64,000 bases of DNA, taken from the NCBI GenBank assembly GCA_030390025.1, contig CM059432.1, positions 23,624,001-23,688,000 on the forward strand, given 5' to 3'. The position numbers and the translations under genes were made by a program. The stretch comes from Squalus acanthias. Taxonomy: Eukaryota. Positions 12,221 through 22,859 of the stretch are shown here, in pieces (within the stretch, counting starts at the first letter, position 1; every line of letters begins with the position of its first letter). A model generated the notes under the pieces. That model was given only the letters and a program-made list of their open reading frames with translations. It was not told where the DNA came from and did not search any database.

Positions 12221-13944
12221 ATGGAATTCCCAAAAGTTGGTCCAAGCAAAAGGAAGAGAGTGGTGTTAACTTTAAAACAGAAAATCGAGATATGCCAACG
12301 ACTAGAAAGGGGAGAGAAGCGTATCAACATTATGAATGAATTCAAAATCGGTTTGTCAACAATCTACGACATCAAATCGCAGAAGGATAAGCTGCTCAAG
12401 TTTTATTCAAGCTCGGAGACATCTAAGAGTGTAGAGAAACGGCGTACGCTTCGTAAGCCTAAGCTTGAAGAGCTGGATACCGTGCTTTATGAGTGGTTTT
12501 CTCTTAAGCGTTCAGAGGGTGTTCCACTTTCCGGACCTATGCTAATCGAGAAAGGGAAGGATTTCTACGTAAGGATGGAGCTCACTGACAAGTGTGCTTT
12601 CTCCGATGGATGGCTAACGTGCTTCAAGTTACGGCACGGGATACGACGACTCGATATTTCCGGGGAGAAGAAATCAGCTGATCACGACGCCGCAGAAGAA
12701 TACTGCGATTATTTCAATTGGATTGTGCAGCAACATGATTTGTCGCCAGCACAGATATATAATGCCGATGAAACTGGCTTATTTTGGAGGTTTTTGCCAG
12801 AATCAACGCTTGCTGGGGCTAGTGAGGCTAATGCTTCAGGTTACAAGAAAAATAAAGATCGTGTAACCGTGCTAACATGTGCGAACGCTGCTGGATCACA
12901 CCGGCTTAAACTTCTTCTTATTGGGAAGTATAAAAATCCCCGTGCATTTAAAAATGTGAGGCACTTACCTGTTGAGTACAAAGCTCAAAAAAATGCTTGG
13001 ACGGATAAGGAAATCTTTTCGTATTTTATTTCCGCAAAATAGGGAAACCTGAAGATAGCAAATGCATTTTATTGCTTGATAATTGTAGAGCCCATCCGCA
13101 TGAATCTGAGTTGGTTTTGGGAAATATTTTCACCATTTATTTGCCACCAAATGTAACTTCTCTCATACAACCCATGGACCAGGGCGTTATCCAAAATCTG
13201 AAGTGTCATTACAAGAAAGACTTCCTACGTAAACTGATAAACCAAGATGACAATATTCACGCATTTCAGAAGGAATACAATCTTAAAGATGCCATCTATA
13301 ATGTTGCATGTTCCTGGAACTTGGTGAAAGGTCACACTCTGAGGCAAAGCTGGCGCAAATTGTGGCCTTCTGCAATGTTTGCTGAAGGTTCTTCTTCAGA
13401 GGAGGAATTTCATGGGTTCAATGTTCGTCCCAAGAAGAGTACAATAATGGAAATGGCTGGCATGGTGAAAAATGCAGGCCCAGCAAACCCTCTACGTCAC
13501 CTCAGTGAAAGTGATATCGAGCAATGGGTTAATGCAGATAGAGAAGTTGGTGTTGTGCATATGCTAAGTGATGATGAAATAATTGAGAATGTTTTGAATC
13601 CAAAGAAAGAAAAGGAAAGTGAGATGGAAAGTGAAGAGGATGAGATTTCTGAAGAGAAGAAGATTTCTTGGGCTAAAGCTACAGAAGGATTTTCTTCAAT
13701 CCTCCAATTTGCTGAAAGGCAGCCTTGCTACTCTGCCCAAGAAGTTATGCACCTCCATATTCTGCATTCCACCTTTCTGCAGAAAAGGCAAGAGTCCACT
13801 AAGCAAGCAGACATCCGGGACATGTTTCAGAAAGCTTCCAAAAGAGTTGAAGTAGCGGAAGTGCCTGAAGAATCTGTTGAAGTGCATGATCCTGATGACC
13901 CAGCTGGCATGGATATTCCTGATGAACCAGCTGACTTGGAATAA
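12221..13944 (+). pseudogene. Tigger/Jerky-like transposase (CENP-B-type HTH domains plus DD32D), one frameshifting lesion near 13020-13030
   Basis: [60 protein letters not shown] with 32 residues between the 2nd and 3rd Asp. The second frame reads [19 protein letters not shown]. Confidence 0.93.
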
Positions 13945-14989
13945 GTGTACAGTCAACTACAGTACTGTATACAGTCGTTTATAAGTTTTGTTTTACTGTT
14001 AAGTAATTAAAGAGTTATGGATTACCCTCAACTGGCAGTACTGTACTTAATCAAGCATCTTCCACCATCCATTTAACACAACATTCTGTAGGTGAGTACC
14101 CAATTACTGTATACTGCACATTTCTTGATTTTTTTATTTTTTTGTTAAAAATAGTCTCGGTATATAACCCCCTCCATCATCCGGAATTTTTATTCAACCG
14201 GCACCACCCCGGTCCCGTCGGTGCCGGATACCAAAGCGTTTCCTGTAATTATATACACTAATGGAAATTAACATTCTTTTTTAATCTCAGAATCTATGTT
14301 TTGGAACTAGTGTTTAATTTTGGATTAAGCAGGCTCAGAGTGCAGTGCTTTGATTTTATTGAAATTGGATTTGTGCTCAAGAAATCTCTTTGATGAGTCG
14401 TCAACAATTGATTTGATCCACTGATACCTATGTGGTTGTTCATTTGTATGCTTCAAGGTATTTTTTTCCAAATGACACAGTAACGGGTGATAGTGAAACG
14501 ATTCATAATATGCGGTTGATCTACCAAAACTAATAACCTTTCCTTTTTCTTAATGACCCTTGTAATTGTGTTTGATTGAGTAGAGTTACGTGGATTACAC
14601 TGGTAGCTGTTAGCGGTACCTTAGCACAGGATATTGGCGCTTCAGTGTACCCTCTCTCATGGGCTTGCATTCATACCCATGATGAATAGATTGAGTACTC
14701 AAATAATAAAGCACTAATAAAGAAATAATGCAGGTGTCTCAAATGCCGGTGGATACCAATTGTTATAACTAATTAAGATGTTTTTGTTCCATCATCATTA
14801 AGGAAGTGATGAGTGTGGAGAGGAACTAATTTAATGTGAAGTGTTCCTGTTGTCGACTGAGATAGAAAAAAGTCTAGTGTTTCATACCTTGTAGTTGAAA
14901 CTTGATTCTCAGTGTTATTCTCCCGGAGACTTACTAGTTTGGATCTCAAATTTTCACCGGCAGCTACTGGTGACAGTTTGTTCGCAACC

Positions 14990-15610
14990 TCAACATCCTA
15001 GTTGACTCTGAGCTGAGCTTCCCATCCCATATTCTATTCATCACAAAGACAGCCTATTCCTACCTCCTATATCATCGCTTGTCTCCACCCCGCCTCATCC
15101 TATCTACAACTGAAACCCTCATTCATGCTTTTGTTAACTACAGACTCGACTATTCCAATGCTCTCCCGGCCGGCCTTCCATCCTCCACCCTCTATAAACT
15201 TCAGCTCATCCCAAACTCTGCTGCCCATATCCTAACTCACACCAATTACGCATCACCCATGATCCCTGTGCCCGCTGACCTACATTGGTGCCCGGTCCAC
15301 CAACGCCTCAATTTAAAAATTCTCATGTTCGTGTAAAACTCTCCCTATCTCTGTAATCTCCTCCAGCCCTACAACTCTCCAAGAACTCTGCATTCCTCCA
15401 ACTTTGGCCTATTGCACATCCCCCACTCCCTTCGCTCCATTGATGGCTTGCCTTCAGCCATCTAGGCCCTAAGTTCTGGAATTCCCTCCCTAAACCTCCC
15501 TCTCTCTCCACCTCTCTTTCCTCCTTCAAGACCATCCCTAAAACCTACCCCTTTCCCCAACCTTTGTCACCTGTCCTAATATCTCCTTCTCTGGCTCAGT
15601 GTCAATTTAT
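14990..15610 (+). mobile_element. L2 LINE 3' fragment
   Basis: TETLIHAFVNYRLDYSNAL..LQLIPNSAAHILT..DLHW is typical of the L2 ORF2 C-terminus. Confidence 0.88.
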
Positions 15611-15619
15611 TTGTTATTA

Positions 15620-15782
15620 CAAAGAAAGAAAGAAAGCCTTGCATTTATATAGCGCCCTTCACGACTTCAGGACATCCCAAAGCGCTTTACAGCCAATGAA
15701 GTACTTTTCAAGTGTAGTCGCTGTTGTAATGTAGTAAACATGGCAGCCAGTTTGCGCACTGCAAAGCTCCCACAAACAGTGA
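15620..15782 (-). mobile_element. Deu-SINE 3' part, inverted
   Basis: Reverse complement of 11250-11405 ((AAGA)n..TTGCATTTATATAGCGCC..AGCTCCCACAAACAG). Confidence 0.8.
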
Positions 15783-15830
15783 AGTGCCTTGAGATGTTTT
15801 TCTATGTTAACGGCGCTATATAAATCCAAG

Positions 15831-16852
15831 GGGGTGATTTTTCCCGGCTCCTTTCGGTGCTAAAGAGCCTCTGAGGTGGCCAAAATGGGATCTTAAGCTG
15901 CAACACCTGTTTAGCCTGTGTCTAGCGCAAGATGCCATCTTGCTAAAGGAGTTGAAACTGGGACTGGATGCCCGGAGAATCGTTAAGGGGCTAATTGCCA
16001 CTTAAGTTGCCTGCTAGCGCTCATTAAAGAGGCTGCATGGTATTTTGCTGCTTCGTGCCTGAACTAACGCCCTCTCCTTACAGCGACCAGCTGAACAGGA
16101 GTAAACAAGTTGTTGCTGAGGATTTCGAGCACTGCTTGAAGGCATACTCCGCTTTCACTGTTCACTTGCTATTGGAAATTTGAAGAGCACTTTTGAAACA
16201 CATCAGGAGACTTTCTGGGACAGTTTGTCAACACTTCACCAACACTCTTACCAGTATTTATTCTGGAAATTCTCTGAGAACTTCATCTAAAAAGAATAAG
16301 TGCTGTGCTACTCTACCTTATTGGACACCTTATAGAGGTCACCAGGAGAAAGGGAGTGCTTGTTCATGGGCATCTTGCTAGGGGTCCCCTTTGGTCTGCA
16401 GGAGGAATGGGAAGGGGACATGAGGCCAGGCAGAGCAGCACCAGCTGCTGCAGGAGAGAGGGACAGGAGGGTGAGGTGGACTCCTTCCCTCCTCCTCCTC
16501 TGGACCTCCTCCACCAGGACCTCCAGTGCCGCGTTCGAGAACCTGTGCACCCTTTCCCTCGGTCCCTGAGCCATCCTGAAACGTGCTGTTGTGTATCAAC
16601 CAGCACACTCCGCACCTTCAGTGGAAGTGGGTGCATGGCGTCCTCATATGCTGCTCCACGAAAATTGCTTCTAAACCGCGCTTGAGTGCTAAACCTGCAG
16701 GTGTCTGTTTTAGTGCCTGCAGGCAAGTTCAAATTATGCTAATCAGCAATTAGGACCAAAATTACCTGCTAAACCCAGCCTTTCAAACAGGCGTGTCTTA
16801 TTAGCACAGCACCCATTTAGCGCCTGTTTTCACCCGTTTTCAAAATAACACC
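15831..16852 (+). mobile_element. non-autonomous PIF/Harbinger deletion derivative, copy 1
   Basis: Ends GGGGTGATTTT / AAAATAACACC with a 3-bp duplication AAG. Minus-strand MAQGPRERVHRFSNAALEVLVEEVQRRR resembles a Myb/SANT-like N-terminus. Homologous to 39312-40346. Confidence 0.85.
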
Positions 16853-16896
16853 AAGGTGTTGTTATTTTGAAACCCAGCAATGGGCAATTCTGTAGA

Positions 16897-17088
16897 TGTG
16901 ATGCGGAGATGCCGGTGTTGGACTGGGGTGGACAAAAGTGAGAAGTTGCACAACACCAGGTTATAGTCCAACAGTTTTATTTGAAATCACAAGCTTTCGC
17001 AGCTTCACCTGATGAAGGGGCAGCAGCTCCGAAAGCTTGTGATTTCAAATAAAACTGTTGGACTATAACCTGGTGTTGTGCAACTTCT
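16897..17088. mobile_element. palindromic Penelope-like mini-element, copy 1
   Basis: Perfect 61-bp inverted repeat (16939-16999 / 17030-17090); duplication CAATTCTGTAGA (16885-16896 / 17089-17100); central hammerhead motif. Confidence 0.88.
17005..17042 (+). ncRNA. minimal type I hammerhead ribozyme motif
   Basis: Stem I TCAC/GTGA; CTGATGA 17009-17015; extra A; stem II GGGGC-AGCA-GCTCC; GAAA 17031-17034; palindromic AGCT in place of stem III; predicted cleavage after CUU at 17038. Confidence 0.8.
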
Positions 17089-17237
17089 CAATTCTGTAGA
17101 GTTTGATGATCGTCACATCATTTCAGTTTGTTTGATAATCAGGAGCTGACAGACTGAAGAAGTCAGACCAACTGGGCACCACTGTATCTCTAAGTCGGAA
17201 TATGTTATACAAGGGTTTCATACTGCTGGCATGCAGC

Positions 17238-17510
17238 AGTGCTGAGTTAGCTGATTCCAGTTCGAGGAGCAGTTAGGGTGGCATAATTGGTAGCAGTGAC
17301 GCTTTTGTAAGGATGGGAAAAATCTGTGTGGATGCCTGCTCCTGATTGCTGTCTTTTGGAAGTGAGTGTGGGTGGACAGATTCGGGCTCAGCTGTGCAAG
17401 CACCTGTGATCAAATAGCTTCTAAACACTGCCTAGGCTCAAAGATGAAGGATGGGTGAGGTATTGGCGAGCTGTAGGTGCCGTGGAACAGTACTCCCAAC
17501 ATCACTCCGG
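17238..17510 (+). mobile_element. SINE family B fragment
   Basis: GTGCTGAGTTAGCTGAT..CTGCTCCTGATTGCT..GGGCTCAGCTGTG, colinear with 1510-1790. Confidence 0.5.
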
Positions 17511-18393
17511 ATAGGAGGGCAAAAAAATTGAAGAGAAAAAGAAATACACACACACAAATTATATACACACATACATGCACGAGTGTTATACCTCTTTAAA
17601 TAGTGTGCGTTATTTTGCTGTGGAATCTGTGTAGCATCATGACTTTTTCTTAAAGTTCTTTGTCTCATAATACATAAAACCACATATTAAAATATTCTGC
17701 CCATGAGGCAGTGGTTAACAGTGGTATCTACAGGAACAGACAAAATTGAAAAATTGGTAAACAAAATAAAACTGGTTCAATTGTTGTTACAAAAATACCA
17801 ATGTCTGGGAGTGTGCTGAAGGCCATAAATATCTTGGGATTCAAATAAAGTTGGTAAACTACTCTAGCTTTGCTTTTAGCTGTCAACAAAGCCCCTTACA
17901 TGTGCTAATAGATGGTCACTGACCAGTCCCTGTACTGCAAAGGGCCGGGAGCCATGCTCTGATCAGACTTGAAGCACTCTGCCAGTGGAGTCAATTACCA
18001 GCACACATTCTCTTCCTGGTGCTTGTAGCTCTTGGGATTTTGTTTTCGGTGTCCAAATACACTTCATTTCCCTAAATGCAAACTTGTTTCCAGGAGCTGC
18101 AACTATCTGCTACGTAAATCATTTTCCCTTGGACCTTTAGACTGATGTTAGCTTTGGGAAAGAAAGCGTTATGTCTCAATTATTGAGCACCTGCTTTGTG
18201 ACTTAACAGATTGCAACTGCGCTATCGCTGACAGCAGGTCCCCATGCAACTGTTCACTTGTGTATTCAGCTGCAATTTGAAATATTTAATTTGTGCAGAT
18301 GTAAATACACTGGCACAAAAAGAGTTTGTATTCCATTTTCTCTGTTTTCCCCACATGTGTGCAAAACTAATTCTTCTCTCAGGTTAATATTCA

Positions 18394-18609
18394 TGATGCG
18401 GAGATGCCGGTGTTGGACTGGGGTGGACAAAAATGAGAAGTCGCACAACACCAGGTTATAGTCCAACAGTTTTATTTAAAATTACAAGCTTTCGGAGTCT
18501 GTATCTGTACCTGTACCTGTACCTGTACCTGACGAAGGAGCAGCAGCTCCGAAAGCTTGTAATTTTAAATAAAACTGTTGGACTATAACCTGGTGTTGTG
18601 CGACTTCTC
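18394..18609. mobile_element. palindromic Penelope-like mini-element, copy 2
   Basis: Perfect 63-bp inverted repeat (18435-18497 / 18547-18609); duplication GTTAATATTCATGA (18383-18396 / 18610-18623); same constant end as copy 1. Confidence 0.88.
18526..18561 (+). ncRNA. minimal type I hammerhead ribozyme motif
   Basis: Stem I TAC/GTA; CTGACGA 18529-18535; stem II GGAGC-AGCA-GCTCC; GAAA 18551-18554; AGCT palindrome; CUU site at 18558. Confidence 0.75.
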
Positions 18610-19849
18610 GTTAATATTCATGACTGTCCCTCACTGTCTTATGCCAGATACTAGGCAACTGGCAACATTGGATCCAAGGAGAAAGTGCCCTGGAAAAACA
18701 GTATAGAGAGGTCCTGTGAATATTCGGGGGGGGCGAAGGGTGCAATTATACACTGCCAGTTGAACACAGTCTCATGAGGTACTTTTACAACATTGCAGTG
18801 CCACCAATACCTAATTGATGGCACTGATAAATATCTTACCAACCTTTGATCAGCTGGCAACAGTACAGAACCAATTTCTCTTGGGTTTCCTGATTTGCTG
18901 CTAGTGCTACCACTTCCCGCAATGGCCTTTAAACACTCTAAACAGATTCAATGCACTTGCCTCCTGACCTAAAATTGTATTATGGTGCGAGTCATGCAGG
19001 TGCAATTTGATGCAGTAAAGTGTGAGGTGACACACTTCAGGAGAAATAAACAAGGAAGGAGCAGATACACTTAATGGAAAGATGCTGAAGGATGTGGAGG
19101 AACAGGGAGACCCATCGGTGCAAATACATAATTCCCTGATTGTGCGATTGCAGGTACTTAAAGCCACAAATTTCACTCAAAGCGCTTCCACTTCTCACCC
19201 ACAGCCCACTTCTCAGTCAGTAGCCCACATGTTGCCTCGCCTCCCAATGGCCAAGTCTGCCCCTGCACAGGTGAAGGGGGTGCAGTCTTTGGTGGGGCCC
19301 TCATGGTCTCCAATACCCAGAGGACGTTGGCCAAGAGCATCTTAGCAGTCAGAGCAGGGATCTGAGCAGTCTGCCTCGACCTCCGCTGTAGCCACACAGG
19401 TTGCCCGGGATTAGCTTTTCCAATGTTAAGTTTCGCGCAAAACTGTAAATGAGCCGCACAGCCCCTTAAAGGGGGCCGCGCACCAAAAAAAATTAGGAGG
19501 AACATTGCGTCGGAGTATCCAAAAAAGGAAGAGTTAGGCTTTGTAGTTGCACATGGGTGCCTGAGAAAATGTTTTGATAAGTTTCTCTTCTTTATTTACA
19601 TCACATAAATGTTACTCTTTTTCACATTTTCCCATCTTGTCCATTCTTGGGTGCTGGGTGCTAAGTGGCCTTCTAAGTTGTGTGATGATGAATGTGAGAA
19701 CATGAATTGATGGGGACCAATGGGGGATTGTTGAAGTGGTGGTTGGTTGGTTGCAGGACTGCTTTGTGTCAGTGGCATTGGTGAAGGGGGAGCAGGAAGA
19801 GTGGCGTTTGCATTTCCTTGTGAAATGATTCCACTGGTGCAGCTTAAAT

Positions 19850-21030
19850 GAAACTTGCATTAATAAGGGCATCCCCGGCAGCAATGAGAGCAGCTGAGGG
19901 TGCATTGCCCTCATCACCCAACTCTTCCTCCTCCTCCTCTTCTTCCACCTCCCCTCTGAATCGTCCGAGGAGGATCTGAGCTCTTCGCCTTGTTCCTCCT
20001 GCAGATCCAAGCCTCACTGTTGCGCAATGTTGTGCAGAGCACAGCAAACCATGACCATTCTGGAGACCTTAGCTGGTGCTTACTGAAGGGAACCTCCAAA
20101 ACTATCCAGGCACCTGAAGTGCATCTTCAGCATGCTGATGGCCTGTTCAGTCACACATCTGGTAGTGATATGGCATTCATTGCAGCGCTGTTGGGCTTCA
20201 GTGGTCGGATTTCTGAGGGTGTCATGAGCCAAGTTGCATTGGGTAGCTCTCGTTGCCGAGCAGCCAACCCTTAAGTCTGCTTCTGGGACCGAAGAAATCA
20301 GGAACCATTGTCTGCCGCAGGACAAAAGCATCATGGCAGCTGCCCGGAAATTTTGCGCAAACCTGCATGAACATCGTTATGTGGTTTCACACCAGCTGCA
20401 TATTAATGGAGTGGAAGCCCTTACGGTTTACAAATGCTCCTGGTTGATCTGGGGTGCCCGGCTTGCCACTTGGGTGCACTCGATGGTGCCCTGCATCTGT
20501 GGAAAGCCAGCCAGAGCTGCAAAACCGAGTGCCCGCTCATTCTGACTGGCATAATTGCTGGTAATGTTGACATAATTGCCAGCTCTGGCAAACAAGTCAT
20601 CAGTGACCTGTCTTATGCATTTGTGGGTGGCCGACTGGGAAATCCTGGATATGTTTGCGCTGGACGGATCTGGAGGCAAAAATGTTGAGGATGGTGGTGA
20701 CTTTGACAGCCATTGGTAATGCATGGCCACCAGGTCCAGCAGGCAGCAGGTCTTCTTCTAGGAGGCTGCAGATGTCTGCCACCACCTGGCGTGACATCCT
20801 GAGCCTCCTGAGACACTGGTGTTCAGACATGCCAAGGAAACTCAGCCTCTGCCTGTAGACCCCGTTTCATGGGTATTGCCTCCTGTGAGCTGCACCTCTC
20901 TGCCCATCCCCACTCTGCTGCTTCCCACTCCCCTGTGGAGCTGCGGGTGCTGTTGCTCGTCATCTTGGTCCTTATCTGAGGTCCAATCTAAGGCAGCATA
21001 AGCGGCACCCAGCCTGATGTAATTGAGCAA
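19850..21030 (-). pseudogene. HARBI1-like (PIF/Harbinger) transposase, multiply disrupted
   Basis: Fragments across frames: SEHQCLRRLRMSRQVVADICSLL; AVKVTTILNIFAS; GFPQMQGTIECTQVASRAP (compare GAIDCTH); EQAISMLKMHFRCLDSFGGSLQ; acidic C-terminal tract. Confidence 0.9.
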
Positions 21031-21427
21031 ATTGCAGAAAGTAAATCGTCAAAAGTCCTGTGAACAAACTGTTTCCCACAAGCAGGTCAGAAAGCAGCTG
21101 TGAGTACTGAGTACTGATCGGCATATTTCCCTTAGATTGATTCAGCCCCCTCAATTGCCACTGTGTACTCGTCTTGCTTTCACTGGTGAGATTCAGGAAG
21201 CCCGGGAAACCCGTGGGCGTGATGTTAAAGTCAAAAGTGTGTGTTAATATCGCTCTCATTGAGAGATTAACATATGGTCATTGACAACCTGCCCCTCCCA
21301 AGGGGGTTGCGCGCACGCAGCCTAACGCACGCGAGTTAAATGCGGAAGTTGGCAGGTTGGAGCCAGCTTTCAAACGCGCTGACTTTTTGGCCGGTTTTAA
21401 CCCCCCACCCACACCCAAACCCACCTC

Positions 21428-21656
21428 CAAGTCACACACCAAAATGACTTGGAAATATATCGCTGTTCCTTCATTGTCGCTGGGTCAAAATCCTGGAACT
21501 CCTTCGCTAACAGCACTGTGGGAGTACCTTCACCTCACAGACTGCAGCAGTTCAAGAAGGCGGCTCACCACCACCTTGTCAAGGGCAATTAGGGATGGGT
21601 AATAAATGCTGGCCTTGCCAGCGACACCCACATCCCATGAACGAATAAAAAAAAAG
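21428..21656 (+). mobile_element. 3' tail of a second non-LTR family (shared with SINE family A)
   Basis: AAATCCTGGAACTCC..GGGATGGGTAATAAATGCTGGCCTTGCCAGCGAC..(A)n. The same tail occurs at 34300-34415 and inverted at 41838-42060. Confidence 0.8.
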
Positions 21657-22379
21657 TGCTCTTTAAGGTTAAAATTGAGCCCAAAATCTTAGGCTCGCAG
21701 CCTCATTAAAATATTTAAATGGGGGACCCGCGTTCAGGTTGGTCCCCCACTTCCCATCCCACCTCTTAAAATCGGAAGTGGGTGGGTTCAGGGCGGGTTG
21801 GGTTCGGGTTTGAAATTTTTTAAATTTTAACTTCCCACCCGATCCAAACCCACCTGTTTTGGGGGTTAAAATTAACCCCCCACCCCCCCCCCACCATGTG
21901 TTTAAAAAATTAGGAAGTTGAGAGTAAGAAGGGAAGTCAGGTAAAGATTATTTTTAAATGTGAAAGGGCTGTGGTTTGTGAAGGACATTGAAACAACAGG
22001 TTCAAGAGGAAACCTGGATGCGTTCCTTGAGAGAGAGGGGAATGAGTGATATGATAAGAAGGTGGGTAGACGAAGTTAATCCATCAAAAAGGAATGGGTT
22101 TATTGGGCTTTCTCTGTTCTTAAAAAAACATATGCAGGACTCTCCTACGTATGGTTGCAGTGAGGAAGGGCTAAAAGTTGAGAACAATAGGCTTAGCATC
22201 AAAGTGCTGTCAGGACAATTCTATATATTTACTCTTCGTGTTCAACTCTAAAAATTGGGCCATAGTAACAGATAATTAGAAGAAATAACTTTACGTAGCA
22301 CCTTAACACATCCTTAAGACATTCCAGAGCATTTCACATCCCATGAATTACATTTTGAAGTGTAGTCAATGTTGTTATA

Positions 22380-22765
22380 CGAACAATGACGGACAGGTAA
22401 AGACACTCTAGCCCATCCAGCCTGTCCCACACAATTGCGATACCTTGTGTATCACAATATATGCACGCCCCACCCCACCCAAAACTATCTGATCTTCTGG
22501 GAGAGGCGCAAATCCAGATAAAAACCCAGGCCAATTTAGGGGGAAAAAATCTAGGAAATTCCTCTCCGACCCATCTATGTGATCGAAACTAGTCCAGGAG
22601 ATCTCGCTGGCCCCGAATTCCCTGAAGTACCTACCTTTTGTAAAAGGTGGAGGTGATGTCCACCTCAACCAGAAACAGGTCCAGCTCTCGCTTGAAGGAA
22701 TTCAGCGAGTCGCCGTCCACTGCGCAAGACAGCAGCCTGTTCCAGAGGTCCACTATTCTCTGGGA
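22380..22765 (-). mobile_element. CR1-like LINE 3' end
   Basis: RWFFSQRIVDLWNRLLSCAVDGDSLNSFKRELDLFL on the minus strand, followed by a 3'UTR. Confidence 0.8.
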
Positions 22766-22859
22766 AAAGAACCATCTCCCAGAGTTGCAGGCAAGCACAT
22801 AGGCTAATTTGTGCACAGCAAGTTCCAAAAAGTAGCAAATGAGATGAGTGACCAATTAA

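Larger units (their letters stand above)
11865..14245 (+). mobile_element. Tigger/pogo-family DNA transposon, full length (2381 bp)
   Basis: TA on both flanks (11863-11864, 14246-14247). 26-bp imperfect TIRs: CAGGAAACTCTCGTTTAAACGGCACC versus right-end reverse complement CAGGAAACGCTTTGGTATCCGGCACC (19/26). Encloses a transposase gene. Confidence 0.95.
19590..21682 (-). mobile_element. Harbinger transposon relic containing the pseudogene
   Basis: Right terminus GTTAAAATTGAGCCC at about 21668-21682; the left boundary is approximate. Interrupted by a LINE tail at 21428-21656. Confidence 0.6.

Noticed and set aside
12221..13944. Domesticated host gene (JRKL/TIGD)
   Set aside because: It is frameshifted and bounded by TIRs with TA duplications, so no gene symbol was assigned.
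16939..17090. Long hairpin as a miRNA precursor, DNA-transposon MITE or CRISPR repeat
   Set aside because: The arms are perfect, one end has an unpaired constant extension, duplications are 12-14 bp and variable, and there are no spacers. A Penelope-like origin fits better.
19400..19508. hAT-like terminus (TTAGGAGGAACATTG)
   Set aside because: Only one plausible end, and no target duplication was found.
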